Shown here: piece after piece, positions 1 to 12,991 of the stretch
Layout of the letters: each line of letters opens with the position of its first letter
How positions within the stretch are numbered: the first letter of the stretch is position 1
Source of the DNA: Octopus vulgaris
Taxonomy: Eukaryota
Direction: 5' to 3'
DNA: 64,000 nucleotides
Assembly (NCBI GenBank): GCA_951406725.2
Contig: OX597839.1
Location: 23,560,001 to 23,624,000 of the forward strand
Position numbers and translations under genes: made by a program
The notes under the pieces: model-generated
Databases searched by the model: none
What the model saw: only the letters and a program-made list of their open reading frames with translations
Told to the model about the DNA's origin: nothing

Positions 1-77
1 GTCTCTTTTGCCGAACCGCTAAGTAACGGGGACATAAACACACCAGCATCGGTTGTCAAGCAATGCTAGGGGGACAA

Positions 78-122
<45 letters not shown>

Positions 123-294
123 CATATATACGACAGGCTTCTTTCAGTTTCCGTCTACCAAATCCACTCACAAAGCATTGGTCGGCCCGGGGCTATAGCA
201 GAAGACACTTGCCCAAGAATCCACGCAGTGGGACTGAACCCGGAACCGTGTGGTTGGTTAGCAAGCTACTTACCACACAGCCACTCCTGCACCT
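1..294 (-). mobile_element. tRNA-derived SINE family A, cut by the window edge
   Basis: Reverse complement starts AGGTGCAGGAGTGGCTGTGTGG (pol III A box) ... GGTTCAGTCCC (B box); internal (TA)n/(CA)n; more than 14 near-identical copies in the window. Confidence 0.9.
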
Positions 295-549
295 AGTATG
301 CCCTGGATAATTTAAGCAAAGCTAAGTCCCTAATCTACCAAGCTACAATGTTTGGCTCAGATGACACAATCTGCTAAATCATACATCATAATGTGAGAAA
401 TCTGTTTCAAGCACTGGTATTTAAATGAAGAGGCTAACTTTTGGCTTATAGAAAACACCACAGCATTGTCAAAATTTGAATGGAATTTGAAGGATAACAA
501 TGTTTGTACATTTAATACCACCTGATCAATACAAAACTTCAGCAACAGA

Positions 550-1099
550 CAGGGCCAGCTCTAGGGCTGCTGGCGCCTCACACAAGCTGAACTTTGGCAT
601 GGACATGCTGACAGTTACTCTTTTACTTGTTTCAGTCATTTGACTGCAGCCATGCTGGAGCACCGCCTTTAATCGAGCAACTCGACCCCGGGACTTATTC
701 TTTTGTAAGCCCAGTACTTATTCTATCGGTCTCTTTTGCCGAACTGCTAAGTAACGGGAACATAAACACACCAGCATTGGTTGTCAAGCAATGCTAGGGG
801 GACAAACACAGACACACAAACATATATATATACATATATACGACGGGCTTCTTTCAGTTTCCGTCTACCAAATCCACTCACAAGGCTTTGGTCAGCCCGA
901 GGCTATAGTAGAAGACACTTGCCCAAGGTGCCACGCAGTGGGACTGAACCCGGAACCATGTGGTTGGTAAACAAGCTACTTACCACACAGCCACTCCTGC
1001 GCCTATTTGTGGAAGTTGTGGAAGTTTCCTTGTCTTTGTCACACCCTCCTTGGCACCCAAGGTGACTGCCCAAGTTGCTGGTACCTTGAGCCAGCCCTG
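550..1099. mobile_element. hAT-type MITE interrupted by a SINE
   Basis: Imperfect TIRs CAGGGCCAGCTCTAGG / CCTTGAGCCAGCCCTG; 8-bp TSD GCAACAGA at 542-549 and 1100-1107. Confidence 0.8.
616..1004 (-). mobile_element. SINE family A, full length
   Basis: A/B boxes, CCTTGGGCAAGTG core, 3' hairpin CAGTCAAATGACTG and (GTAAAAGA)n tail. Confidence 0.92.
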
Positions 1100-1424
1100 G
1101 CAACAGATATACTTATTTAAACAGATTATCAAAAGATAATTGTGATCTGTTGTCATGAAAATAATTCAGGCATGTGTCTTATGAACTTTTAAAATGAGGA
1201 AGAATTTAGAGTTAAACATGGAAAGGACTATTTGAGGGAAGGGGCTTTCTAAATATAATGAAATTTTAATTAGCTACAAAGTTCATCAGAATCTAGGCAT
1301 ATCAACAAATGAGATGCCAGGACTGGCTGGGGAGTACCATGACATTGGGTACCATAACACTGAGTCCACAGTAAGGGAAAACAGTCATTAGGTGTCATGC
1401 GTGGGTAGTGTGAAGCAGGTAGAT

Positions 1425-1698
1425 AGAAGGATGGATGGAGGGAGGGAGGGAGGGAGGGAGGGATGAATAGATTTAGATAGATGGATGGATGGATGGATGG
1501 ATGGAGGGCTAGATGGAGGGATGGATGGATGGAGGGAGGGAGGGATAGATAGATGGAGGGATGGATGGAGGGAGGGAGGGAGGGAGGGAGGGAGGGAGGG
1601 ATGGAGGAGATGGATGGATGGATGGATGGATGGATGGATGGAGGGATGGGAGGGAGGGGGGATGTATGGATTGATGGATAGATAGATAGGTGGGTAGG

Positions 1699-1773
<75 letters not shown>

Positions 1774-1797
1774 GTGGGTAGATAGATAGATAGATAT
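1425..1797. repeat. Compound (GGAT)n/(GGAG)n/(GATA)n microsatellite
   Basis: Direct inspection. Confidence 0.95.
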
Positions 1798-1962
1798 CAA
1801 ATCCAATAAAAGCCATAAATTTGACTCAGGGTTGATTCCAGGAGCAGCATAAGTATAAAAAAAGAACACAGGTGAGTTTTACAATTTGCTTCAGCTATTT
1901 CAGTAGCATTTCATAGATTACATCATAGCATAAATTCCCCAGCCTCAGGTAAAATTCTAAAC

Positions 1963-2134
1963 AGGCGCAGGAGTGGCTGTGTGGTAAGTAGCTTGTTAAA
2001 CAACCACATGGTTCCGGGTTCAGTCCCACTGCGTGGCATCTTGGGCAAGTGTCTTCTGCTATAGCCCCGGGCCGACCAATGCCTTGTGAGTGGATTTGGT
2101 AGACGGAAACTGAAAGAAGCCTGTCGTATATATG

Positions 2135-2167
<33 letters not shown>

Positions 2168-2378
2168 TTGTGTGTCTGTGTTTGTCCACCTAGCATTGCT
2201 TGACAACCGATGCTGGTGTGTTTACGTTCCCGTCACTTAGCGGTTCGGCAAAAGAGACTGATAGAATAAGTACTGGGCTTACAAAGAATAAGTCCCGGGG
2301 TCGATTTGCTCGACTAAAGGCGGTGCTCCAGCATGGCCGCAGTCAAATGACTGAAACAAGTAAAAGAGTAAAAGAGTA
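1963..2378 (+). mobile_element. SINE family A, full length
   Basis: AGGCGCAGGAGTGGCTGTGTGG ... GAAACAAGTAAAAGAGTAAAAGAG. Confidence 0.92.
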
Positions 2379-2689
2379 TATAAAAACCTAGAATTTCACC
2401 AGCTAGAATGCTGCCAAAACAGTTGTAATGAATCTTAAACACCACTTTTGTTCTTTTATAAAAATAAAATTGAATGGGAGGAAAAATAATGGTTGAGAAA
2501 GTGAAATGAGATGAAATGCAAAAGTTTTGGGAGAAGTAAACAATGATTTTTAGATAAACCCTGGGGTTGAAGAGGAGTGGTTTTTGTTTATTTATTCCCT
2601 TAACATAATTACATTCATTATCTATTAATTATAGCTTCTTTTACTATAATTAACACTATTCTGTTCAATTTTATTACTTTACTTTACTT

Positions 2690-3083
2690 TACTTTATTAC
2701 TTGTTTCAGTCATTTGACTGCGGCCATGCTGGAGCACCACCTTTGGTCGAGCAAATCGACACCATGACTTATTCTTTGTAAGCCCAGTACTTATTCTATT
2801 GGTCTCTTTTGCCGAACCACTAAGTGACGGGGACGTAAACACACCAGCATCGGTTGTCAAGCAATGCTAGGGGGACAAACACAGACACACAAACATGTAC
2901 ACACACATATATATATATATATATACATATATACGACAGGTTTCTTTCAGTTTCCGTCTACCAAATCCACTCACAAGGCATTGGTCGGCCCGAGGCTATA
3001 GCAGAAGACACTTGCCCAAGATGCCATGCAGTGGGACTGAACCCGGAAACCATGTGGTTGGTAAGCAAGCTACTTACCACACA
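2690..3083 (-). mobile_element. SINE family A, slightly 5'-truncated
   Basis: Near identical to the other copies. Confidence 0.9.
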
Positions 3084-3193
3084 GAAATAAATTTCTATGT
3101 TATAGGGACTTGACAACAGAACTTCCCATTTTTTGCATGGCCATTGATGTGGCATGGGTAAAGCCAGGCCAGTGACGATGGTTGATTCATATA

Positions 3194-4103
3194 AAGTGTT
3201 CAGGTTAAATCTGATGATCTTTCTTCTTTTTATGTCTCCCCTTTTTTTTTGCCAGGAACAGCTTGTTGTATGGGTGAACAGTCAATGGTGTTGGAGAGCA
3301 TCAAGATCAAAGTTGTAGTTGAGAGAAAGTTAGCTGACATGGAGGGCTGGAGATCCTCTGTGCATTGGAAAAGAGTCACCTGTATCATGATGATATATGA
3401 CAGGTATCAGAAGACGAACATCATGACTGCTGCTCATTGTTCCATGAACACTGTAAAGGCCTGGGACATGACATGGACGTCATGAAAACCAAGTTCCCCC
3501 AAACTGTGATGGTCTTTGGCTTTACCTCCAGTGAGGGTAACATCATGCTGCCCCACATCTTTGAACAGGGCCTTAGGCTTAATTCAGGCAGTTATGCAAA
3601 GCTGCTGAAGATTGAGGCCAAACCCTGGCTGGAGAGGATTGCTGTTGGAAGGCCATATGCATGGCAGCAGGATTCGGTTCCTTGCCATATCTCGAGAAAG
3701 AATCAGAAGTGATTGTTGGAGAATTTCTACAATTCCACCAGCCCCAATTTCTGGCCTCCTAAGTTCTTCAATTGTAATCTCATGGATTTCCATGTGTAGG
3801 GCATGGATGAATGGTTGAGGAAGACACCAACTGCTCTTCTTGCAGCACCAAGGCTGAGCTGGTTGCCAAGATCAAGGAGGCATTTGAAGATCTTCAGTGA
3901 TACAGTGAGGAATGCATGTACCATGTTCCAGAGCTGTTGGGAGGCCATGGCTGGAAGGTGAAGGAAGCTACTTTGAGTAAACTGTTATTTCCCTGCCAAA
4001 ATCTAATTGATATTTTTTGATTTTTAAAATACATTTGTCTTTGGATGAGAATCTGTTTTCTTTTCCTCCTTTGCAGACGATCAAATTTAGTCCAGACGCA
4101 CTG
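3194..4103 (+). mobile_element. Decayed Tc1/mariner (maT/DD37D-like) DNA transposon
   Basis: Peptides KTKFPQTVMVFG..SSEG, WQQDSVPCH and NFWPP..NLMDF with stops and frameshifts; decayed TIR pair (AAGTGTTCAGGTTAAATCTGAT / ATCAAATTTAGTCCAGACGCACTG) flanked by TA. Confidence 0.8.
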
Positions 4104-4804
4104 TAGCTAATATTTTATCATTTTTTTTCAATTACCATCATGGTTTAGATGGGTGCTTTTCACACGTTTGCTACTTAAATGTTTATCAATCTGTAAAATG
4201 AGCAAGATTTTTTTTTTTGCTGCACCCTTTATTTTCCTGTCAGGTAAAATATTTACACACCTGTGTTATTTCACCCGATTTACAGAAAAATAAATTATTA
4301 TTTCCACTTCCCTTTGTCATGTGTTACTTTCTCACTTTCTCCTTTTGTTTTCAGTCATGTAATTTCATAATAACTTCTCTATTTACACAGACTCCAATCT
4401 CACTTCACATATAAATACATATCTCGCAACAATTCTGTTTTATCTCCATCTGACTCTATTGCAGCATATTTTCTCTGCATTTTATAGACTTCTCTTTCAT
4501 TCAATTTAAAATTTCTTCATCTACATTTACAGTATCCTTGCATTTAAACATTCCTCCGCATTTTTAATTGTAATTTTCCATTCCTTTGAAAACCTGTCAG
4601 GATGAAACATATGGCTATTTGTCTGCAACAAAGGAGTTAACACCTTTTCCTGGCAAATCAATCACTTAAAAGTTTTTTCATTGTATTACTGCCATTTACA
4701 ATAAGAAAAGTTCTTTCTGATACCAAAAAGAGATTTCTGGCTGAATTCCATTATTTTACATTTTTTTGTTTACTGCAGCCATGCTGGAGCATCACATTCT
4801 AGAG

Positions 4805-4980
4805 CAGCAGTTCCCAATGTCTTTGCACTCGCGACCCATTATGCAAAAGCTTGAAATCCACGCGACCCCTTACTATCAGCAGTTTCATTTACATTTTATG
4901 AAATTAATATTATCCCAAGCCACTTCTAGCAAGGCTACGTGACTCCTCAGGGGTCAGGAACCACCAGTTGGGAACCCCTG
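4805..4980. mobile_element. hAT (Charlie-like) MITE
   Basis: TIRs CAGCAGTTCCCAA / TTGGGAACCCCTG; 8-bp TSD TTCTAGAG at 4797-4804 and 4981-4988. Confidence 0.88.
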
Positions 4981-5039
4981 TTCTAGAGCTTCTGTTGATT
5001 ATATCAATGTTTAGAACTTATTCGACCAACCTCAAGTAA

Positions 5040-5654
5040 TATGAAGTGCAAAATGAAACGAGAGTTAATGTAAGGGAAGTTAACTCAGATGAACATAAAT
5101 CCGGATTTGCTGTATTTCCTGACAGTGGTTGAGTGTGGGTCTGGAAACTCTGTGATCAAGAATTTGATGTAAAAAGATTGCAGCCAACAACAAAACATGG
5201 CAGCTATTCTGTGATGGTCTGGAGAGCAATTTAGAGCAATGGTTGATCAGAGCTGGTGGAGTGTGAGGGAAAGATAAACTCAAATAAATATATGTCCATA
5301 TTGCAGAAAGGACTCCTTCCAATCTTCTCAAGTGGCGAAATGATGACAGAAGACTCTTTATTTATGGAAGATGGGGCTAAAATGACCCAAGATTTGTTAG
5401 ATGAGAATGGCATTAAAAAGCTACCATGGTGAAGCCAGTCACCAGATATGAAATCTATTGAACACCTCTGGGGCATAATGGAGAGGACACCTCATAAAAA
5501 GAACAAGAAATCCTCTTCAAAGCCAGATCTTTTGAGATTACTGCATGAAACTTGGCAAGAAATTTCGTAAGAGAATATTCATCATCTGATTAGTAACATG
5601 CCTTATAGAGTCGTTGCATTGGAAAATGCAAAGGGCATGTCAACTAAATATTAA
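5040..5654 (+). pseudogene. Tc1-like (DD34E) transposase relic, C-terminal half
   Basis: [15 protein letters not shown]...FMEDGA...LPW*SQSPDMKSIEHLWG...SNMPYRVVALENAKGMSTKY*, with several in-frame stops. Confidence 0.85.
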
Positions 5655-5739
5655 ATATTCAAATTATAATAATTAATAAATAATGTGAAAGAATAATTTC
5701 AGATTAAAATAAATAATGATTATAATAATGATCATGAGG

Positions 5740-5779
<40 letters not shown>

Positions 5780-6089
5780 ATCTAAATTATATAAACACAC
5801 AAACACACACACATATTTATATACAGATATTCTAATACATATGATGAGCTTCTGAAGTTTCTGTCAATCAAATATCAATCAAAAGACATCAGTCAACCCA
5901 AGACAAAATAACTTGGTAAAAGATGGAACTCACAACCCTGTGATTCCAAAGCAAACTTCTTAACCACACAGCCACATCTGCAAACATGTTTAATATTCAT
6001 TTAAACTTTGCTTGACATTTTTGTTGTCGTCGTCATCATCCTTCTCCTCCTCATCTTCATTATCATCATCATCATCACCATCATCTTCA

Positions 6090-6290
6090 CCATCATCATC
6101 ATCATCATCATTTAGCATCCGTTTTCCATGCTGGCATGGGTTGGACACCTTGACAGGAGTTGGAAATACCAGGATCCACGCCAGGTCCCACAGTCTATTT
6201 TGGAGAGGTTTCTTCAGCTGGATGCCCTTCCTAGCACCAAACACTTCACAGAGTGTGCTGGATGCTTTTTACACGGCACCAGCACAGGTG
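6090..6290 (-). mobile_element. RTE-type LINE 3' end
   Basis: (CAT)n tail plus TTTAGCATCCGTTTTCCATGCTGGCATGGGTTGGAC...GGATGCCCTTCCT, the same as the 3' UTR of the RTE fragment at 18.1-19.5 kb. Confidence 0.8.
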
Positions 6291-7850
6291 CTCATTCTGT
6301 GACAACAGCACAGGTACTTTTAATGTGACACCAACACAGGTACTTTTTATGTGGCACAGTCAGAGGTGCATTTAACATGGCACTGGCACAGGTGGTTTTT
6401 ATGTGGCACCAGCACAGGCTCCATATAATGTGACACATCAGCACAGGCATAGATGCTTTTTACATGGCACCAGCAGGGGTGTTTGATATGTACCACCAGC
6501 ACAGGTACTTTTAATGTGACTCAGCACTGGCACATTTTATGTGACACAGGTACAGTGCTCTTTAATTGACACCAGCACAGGTTCTTTTAAGGTGACACCA
6601 GTTCAGGCACTATTTACCTGACACAGGCACAGATGCTTTTTATATGGCACCAGCACAAGTAGTTTTAATGTGACACCAACACAAGCGGTTTTAATGTGAC
6701 ACCAACACAAGTAGTTTTAATGTGACACCAACACATGCACTTTTTATGTGGCACAATCACAGATACATTTTACATGGCAGCAGTGCAGGTGCTTGTTATG
6801 TGACACCAGCAGGGGTACCTGTAAAGTGACATCAACATAGGAAATTTTTATGTGGCACAGATGCTTTTTACATGGCACCACCACAGGTGCTCATTAAGTG
6901 ACACCCGCACAGGTACCTGTAAAGTGACACCGGCACAGGCACTTTTTACATGGCACCAGCACAGGTACTCTTTAAGTGACACCTGCACAGGTACCTGTAA
7001 AGTGACACCGGCACAGGCACTTTTTACATGGCACCAGCACAGGTACCTGTAAAGGGACACCGGCACAGGCACTTTTTACATGGCACCAGCACAGGTACCT
7101 GTAAAGTGACACCGGCACAGGCACTTTTTACATGCCACCAGCACAGGTACTCTTTAAGTGACACCCGCACAGATACCTGTAAAGTGACACCGGCACAGAC
7201 ACTTTTCACATGGCTCCACCATAAGTACTCTTTAAGTGACACCCACACAGGTACCTGTAAAGTGACACCAGCACAGGCACTTTTTACATGGCACCAGCAC
7301 AGGTACCTGTAAAGTGACACCGGCACAGGCACTTTTTACATGGCACCAGCACAGGTACTCTTTAAGTGACACCCACCCAGGTACCTGTAAAGTGACACCG
7401 GCACAGGCACTTTTTACATGGCACCAGCACAGGTACCTGTAAAGTGACACCGGCACAGGCACTTTTTACATGGCACCAGCACAGGTACCTGTAAAGTGAC
7501 ACCGGCACAGGCACTTTTTACATGGCACCAGCACAGGTACTCTTTAAGTGACACCCACACAGGTACCTGTAAAGTGACACCGGCACAGGCACTTTTTACA
7601 TGGCACCAGCACAGGTACCTGTAAAGTGACACCGGCACAGGCACTTTTTACATGGCACCAGCACAGGTACCTGTAAAGGGACACCGGCACAGGCACTTTT
7701 TACATGGCACCAGCACAGATACCTGTAAAGTGACACCAGCACAGGCACAAATGCTTCTTACATGGCACCAGCACAGGTGCTTGTTATGTGGCACCAGCAG
7801 GGGTACTTTTAATGTGACACCAGCACAGGCACAGCTGCTTTTTACAAGGG
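6260..7850. repeat. ~26-bp minisatellite with 52/78-bp higher-order units
   Basis: Alternating monomers GGCACCAGCACAGGTACCTGTAAAGT / GACACCGGCACAGGCACTTTTTACAT / ...TACTCTTTAAGT; homogeneous over 6880-7740, diverged at the edges. Confidence 0.95.
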
Positions 7851-8773
7851 TATGTTTAGAGACAGCAAAGACATGATTGTAGCAAGTATTGGTGGAGATT
7901 TTGGAAATCACGGTTCCCACTTCTCCATCTGGTTTTGTGGTTCAATGTTGAATTAATTTCTACTTTCTGATTGGTTGTCTGCTATCAGACAGCAAAACCT
8001 AAAGCAGCACAGAATGTTGTTTTGTGTCAGATTAGCTTTTAAAATCTTACTAAATTCTCAGAGTTCTTCTCACAGAAACTTCCTCACAAATTCTTCAGAA
8101 TATACAGCAATAAGATTAGAATGTTTAGAACACGTTCTTTTGCAATACCATGTAAGTGACTTGAATCCTTGAAGGAAACCAAAAGCGTGAAACAATTCCA
8201 GATAAACTTTCAGAAGTTTTTCACAGAATAGAGAACGGATTAGTGAGTTGACGTTTCCAAAATACACAGACTTTGGCACTGATATAAAAAAACAAACATG
8301 AAATTTGATAAAAAGTGAAAACCTGATGGTTTGCGGTAGCATAATGAAGAAGCAAATTCTTTCACAAGCAGATGAAGGGGTTTTTATGTGGTTATTCAAT
8401 CTGCTAGAAATAGCAACCAATACCTCCTGTATTTCGTTCCTCAAACAGCTTTCCTACACATTCTAGTTTTTATGTTTTTTTCTTTTATCTTTCACTTGTT
8501 TCAGTCATTCAACTGTGGCCATACTGGAGCAACACTTTGAAGAATTGTTTAGTTGAATGAATTGATCCCCGGACTATTTCTTTTTAAAGTGTGGTACTTA
8601 TTCTGTTATTCTCTTTTGCCAAACCACTAAGTTATGGGGATATAAATGTACCATCACCAGTTATCAATGAAGTGATGATGGGGTGATAAACACACACACA
8701 CAATAATTATATATAAGCATTTAATTATTAAAGTGAAAAAATTATCAGAAAAGTCATTTCTATTCATTTTTTC

Positions 8774-8818
<45 letters not shown>

Positions 8819-8819
8819 G

Positions 8820-9560
8820 CTTCTTCTAGACCCTAGTACCTTTAGGATGAGATTAGGTGCTAATCTTCTCCCACCCCCTTGTTTTCTTGTCCTTTTAGGA
8901 ATATGAAATTACTAGGAGTGGATTCTCAGTCCCTTCGCTCCTGCCCCTTTTAGTTGCCGCTTACGCCAAGCAGGGAATACGGTGACTGCATTCTACCAGT
9001 CCCCCCTCCCAGTCACAAGGTGGGGGTTGCTAGTTAACCAAAAGCTGAGACCCTTACAGGTGCTACCACTCCAGGCCAGAGCAGACCTGGGAACAATAGT
9101 GGCTAAGAGGTGGTTCCACACTCCTCAAACCCTGAAACCAGGGCCCCAGGATCCCACTACAGGATGTAGTTTTGAGCCATACCCAGGACAAGTGGCTCCA
9201 CACCCCTTGAATGAAAGCAGAAGTGGTACGCAGCAGAACCAGAGGCAGACCTTGGTTTGTGTAGATGGATGGAGTGAGGAAAGCTTTGGTGGTCAGAAGT
9301 GTTGGAGTGAGAGAGGCAAGAGAGTTTATAAATGATAGGAAAGCTTGGAGAGTGTTTGTGGATGGATGAGTGAATTCTGATGTTGCTCAAAGGGGTACGG
9401 AACCAGTATGATGCGGCGGGGGTAAACCAGTACATGCTGTCGGGGCCTGTTGCTGATATCAGAGGTTTGCTTTCTAGGCTTTGATCTGAGTAAAGAACTG
9501 GGAAATGAATGGTGTGTGCCTTGTGGCTGCCCCCTCCTAAAAAGAAAAAAATAGGGAATA
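8820..9560 (-). mobile_element. Decayed retroelement-derived segments inserted into a split SINE A copy
   Basis: SINE A halves at ~8490-8825 and ~9575-9727; the insert carries motifs I recall from 5' regions of RTE-related elements (not verified by search). Confidence 0.4.
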
Positions 9561-10129
9561 GGCCTGGATATATGGTGATTCTTCTAGCTTCCATTGACCA
9601 AATCCACTCGCTAGGCTTTTATCAGATTAAGGCTATAGTAGAAAGCACTTTTCCAAGGTGCCACACAGTGGGACGGAACCCAGAACTATGTGGTTGTCAA
9701 GCAGACTTCTTACTACACAGCCACACCTGATGATGATGATGATGAGGATGACAGACAGACAGACTATGTAAAATATTACTCATTGGATTGCAGCCATGCT
9801 AGAGCACAGCTTTGAAGGGTTTTGTTGAAGAAATCAACCCAAGTACTTATATTATTTTTAAGTCAGGTAACTTATTCTTTGAATGCCTTTTGCCAAACCT
9901 TTAAGCCACAGGGACACAAACAAACCAACACTGGACATCAAGTAGTGTAACACAGGCACAAAGACACACACATATATACATATATATATATATTTGTAGA
10001 TACAACAGGCTTCTATACAGTTTCCATCTACCAAATCCACTCAGAAAGCTTTAAGCTGGCCCAAAGTGCCATGCGGTGAGACAGAACCCCAAACCAGCAT
10101 GGCTGCAAAGCAAGCTTCTTAACCACACA

Positions 10130-10481
10130 GCCATCTTCAACATCATCACCATCACTGTCATCATCACCGTCATCGTCATTGCCACTGCTTCTCTCACCCC
10201 CCACTACCGCTGCCGCCACCACCACCACTATCATCATCATCATCATTGTTATTGTTGTCACTGCCACCACCACCACCACCATCAACAACATCATCATTAT
10301 CATCATCACAGTTGTTGTCATTGCCACCACCATGGTTGCAAAGCAAGCTTCTTAACCACACGGCCATCATCGCCATCATCATCATCACCACTGCCTCTCC
10401 TGTTGCCGCCACCACCATCATTGTAGTTGCTGTCACTGCCACCACCACCACCACCACCACCACCACCACCACCACCATCAC

Positions 10482-10523
<42 letters not shown>

Positions 10524-10740
10524 TGTAGTTGTTGTCATTGCCACCACCACCGTCATCATCATACCCACCACTATCATCATCATCATCATTGTTATTGTTG
10601 TCACCACCACCACCACCACCACCACCATCACAGCATCATCATTATCATCATCACAGTTGTTGTAGTTGTTGTCATTGCCACCACCACCGTCATCATCATA
10701 CCCACCACCGTCATCATCATACTCATCATCATCATCAAAT
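10130..10740. repeat. (CAT)n/(CAC)n low-complexity tract with a locally duplicated SINE-head fragment
   Basis: GCAAAGCAAGCTTCTTAACCACAC at ~10105 and ~10338. Confidence 0.9.
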
Positions 10741-10973
10741 CTACTCAATATGCAATGGAAACAAAAACGGTAAAACCAAAACCAAAACAGAAGCAGAATT
10801 TCTGTTTTATTTCTTGGAAACACTTTGCTATTCCAAAGAATACGATTGTCTGCTGGTTTCATCAGAGAAATAATACCATTTGTTGAACCATAATTACAAC
10901 TAGTTTAATGAATGGTTTGTCAACAGTGGACACATTTATACAGACATGAAGAATATATTAATACTAAATATGT

Positions 10974-12991
10974 TTAACCATTCGGCATTCAGATTTATTC
11001 TGTCGAATGTTAATGCCTATTTATTGCCATTGTCTTCAATTAATCACGAATTGTCTTTTAACTGTTGGATTTCAATGATGTGATTGTATGTTTTTAGAAA
11101 GACATTGTAGGGTAGGTGTGAGAGGTCAGATACGGCCAGTTCGAACATAAAACAGGTGGAATATTTGGGCAGGATGTAGCGGAGTCGATCCCTTAACATT
11201 TGGCCTCCTCTCTCGATTCTAAATTTTATTTATTTACATCCCTCTCTCTCTCTCTTTCGGAGAGGCACAAGCACCTACACGCACACATACACACACGGCA
11301 GTAACTTCCACCTACCGAATTCAATCACAAAGCTCCAGTCGGCTCGGGGCTATAGTGGAAGACACCTACCCAAAGTGCCACACAGTGGGACTGAACCCAT
11401 AACTATGTAGCTAGGAAGCAAGCTCCCACATCGTTTTCGCTTAATCCTTCATTATCTTCTGGCTTCAAGATTTCTATGATGTGATTGTATGTTTTTAGAA
11501 AGACATTGTAGGATAGGTGTGAGAGATCAGATTTGGCCAGACTGAACAAAACAGGGGTAGAATCTAAGCACTGGATATGGCTAATTCAACCCTTTAGAAT
11601 TCAAATTACTCTGTCAAATGTAATACTTATTTATTACATTAATCATGGATTATCTCAGAGATTCAAGATTTCTATGATGTGATTGTATGTTTTTAGAAAG
11701 ACATTGTAGGGTAGGTGTGAGAGGTCAGATACGGCCAGTTCGAACATAAAACAGGGGTAGAATCTAAGCACTAGATATGGCTAATTCAACCCTTTAGAAT
11801 TCAAATTACTCTGTCAAATGTAATACTTATTTATTACATTAATCATGGATTATCTCAGAGCTTCAAGATTTTGATGATGTGATTGTTTATTTTTAGAATG
11901 ACATTGTAGGGTAGGTGTGAGAGGTCAGATACGGCCAGTTCGAACATAAAACAGGTGGAATATTTGGGCAGGATGTAGCGGAGTCGATCCCTTAACATTT
12001 GGCCTCCTCTCTCGATTCTAAATCTTATTTATTTACATCGTTTTCTGTTAATCCTTCATTATCTTCTGGCTTCAAGATTTCTATGATGTGATTGTATGTT
12101 TTTAGAAAGACATTGTAGGGTAGGTGTGAGAGGTCAGATGTGGCCAGACTGAACAAAACAGGGGTAGAATCTAAGCACTGGATATGGCTAATTCAACCCT
12201 TTAGAATTCAAATTACTCTGTCAAATGTAATACTTATTTATTACATTAATCATGGATTATCTCAGAGCTTCAAGATTTCTATGATGTGATTGTTTATTTT
12301 TAGAAAGACATTGTAGGATAGGTGTGAGAGATCAGATTTGGCCAGACTGAACAAAACAGGGGTAGAATCTAAGCACTGGATATGGCTAATTCAACCCTTT
12401 AGAATTCAAATTACTCTGTCAAATGTAATACTTATTTATTACATTAATCATGGATTATCTCAGAGCTTCAAGATTTTGATGATGTGATTGTATGTTTTTA
12501 GAAAGACATTGTAGGGTAGGTGTGAGAGGTCAGATACGGCCAGTTCGAACATAAAACAGATAGAATATGGTATGTTTAATCCTTTGGCATTCAGATTACT
12601 CTGTCAAATGCTAATCCTTATTTATTCACATGGTTTTGAATTAATTGTGGATTATCTCATAGTTTTGAGATTTCAGTGATGGGATTGTTTATTTTTAGAA
12701 TGACATTGTAGGACAGGTATGAGAAGCCAGAGCTGGCTGGTAAAATATAAAACATAAAATATTTAGCCCTCTAGCATTCAGATTACTTTGTCAAATGCAA
12801 TACTTATTCATTCACATTGGTTTGAATTAATCATGGATTATCTCGTAGATTTGAGATTTTTGTGATGGGATTCTTTTAGTTTCAGAATGACATTGTAGTA
12901 AAGGTATGAGAGGCCAGAGCTGGACAAATTGAATGTAAAACAGGGAGACTATTTGGATTGGATATGGCCCCTTTAAGTGTTAAAGGGTTAA
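10974..12991 (+). repeat. Tandem array (~10 x ~200 bp) of a piggyBac-like MITE
   Basis: Anchor CAAGATTT recurs at 11466, 11664, 11864, 12073, 12271 and 12469; array bounded by TTAACC... and ...AAAGGGTTAA; a dispersed monomer lies at ~63100-63280. Confidence 0.85.
11241..11427 (-). mobile_element. Short SINE variant (family A-related, (GA)n tail)
   Basis: ACATC duplicated on both sides; empty site visible in the paralogous monomer at ~12035; second copy at 47680-47865. Confidence 0.85.

Noticed and set aside
1842-1871. Possible 30-nt micro-exon (CAG|...EQHKYKKRTQ...CAG|GTGAGT)
   Set aside because: Good donor but no polypyrimidine tract and no recognisable protein; expected by chance
1963-2040. 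tRNA gene
   Set aside because: The A/B boxes belong to SINE heads; no complete cloverleaf
6850-7750. CRISPR-like regular repeat and Cys/His-rich ORFs
   Set aside because: No unique spacers, no cas genes, eukaryotic context; it is a minisatellite
8070-8444. 124-aa non-repetitive minus-strand ORF
   Set aside because: No recognisable motif or splice context; non-ATG start
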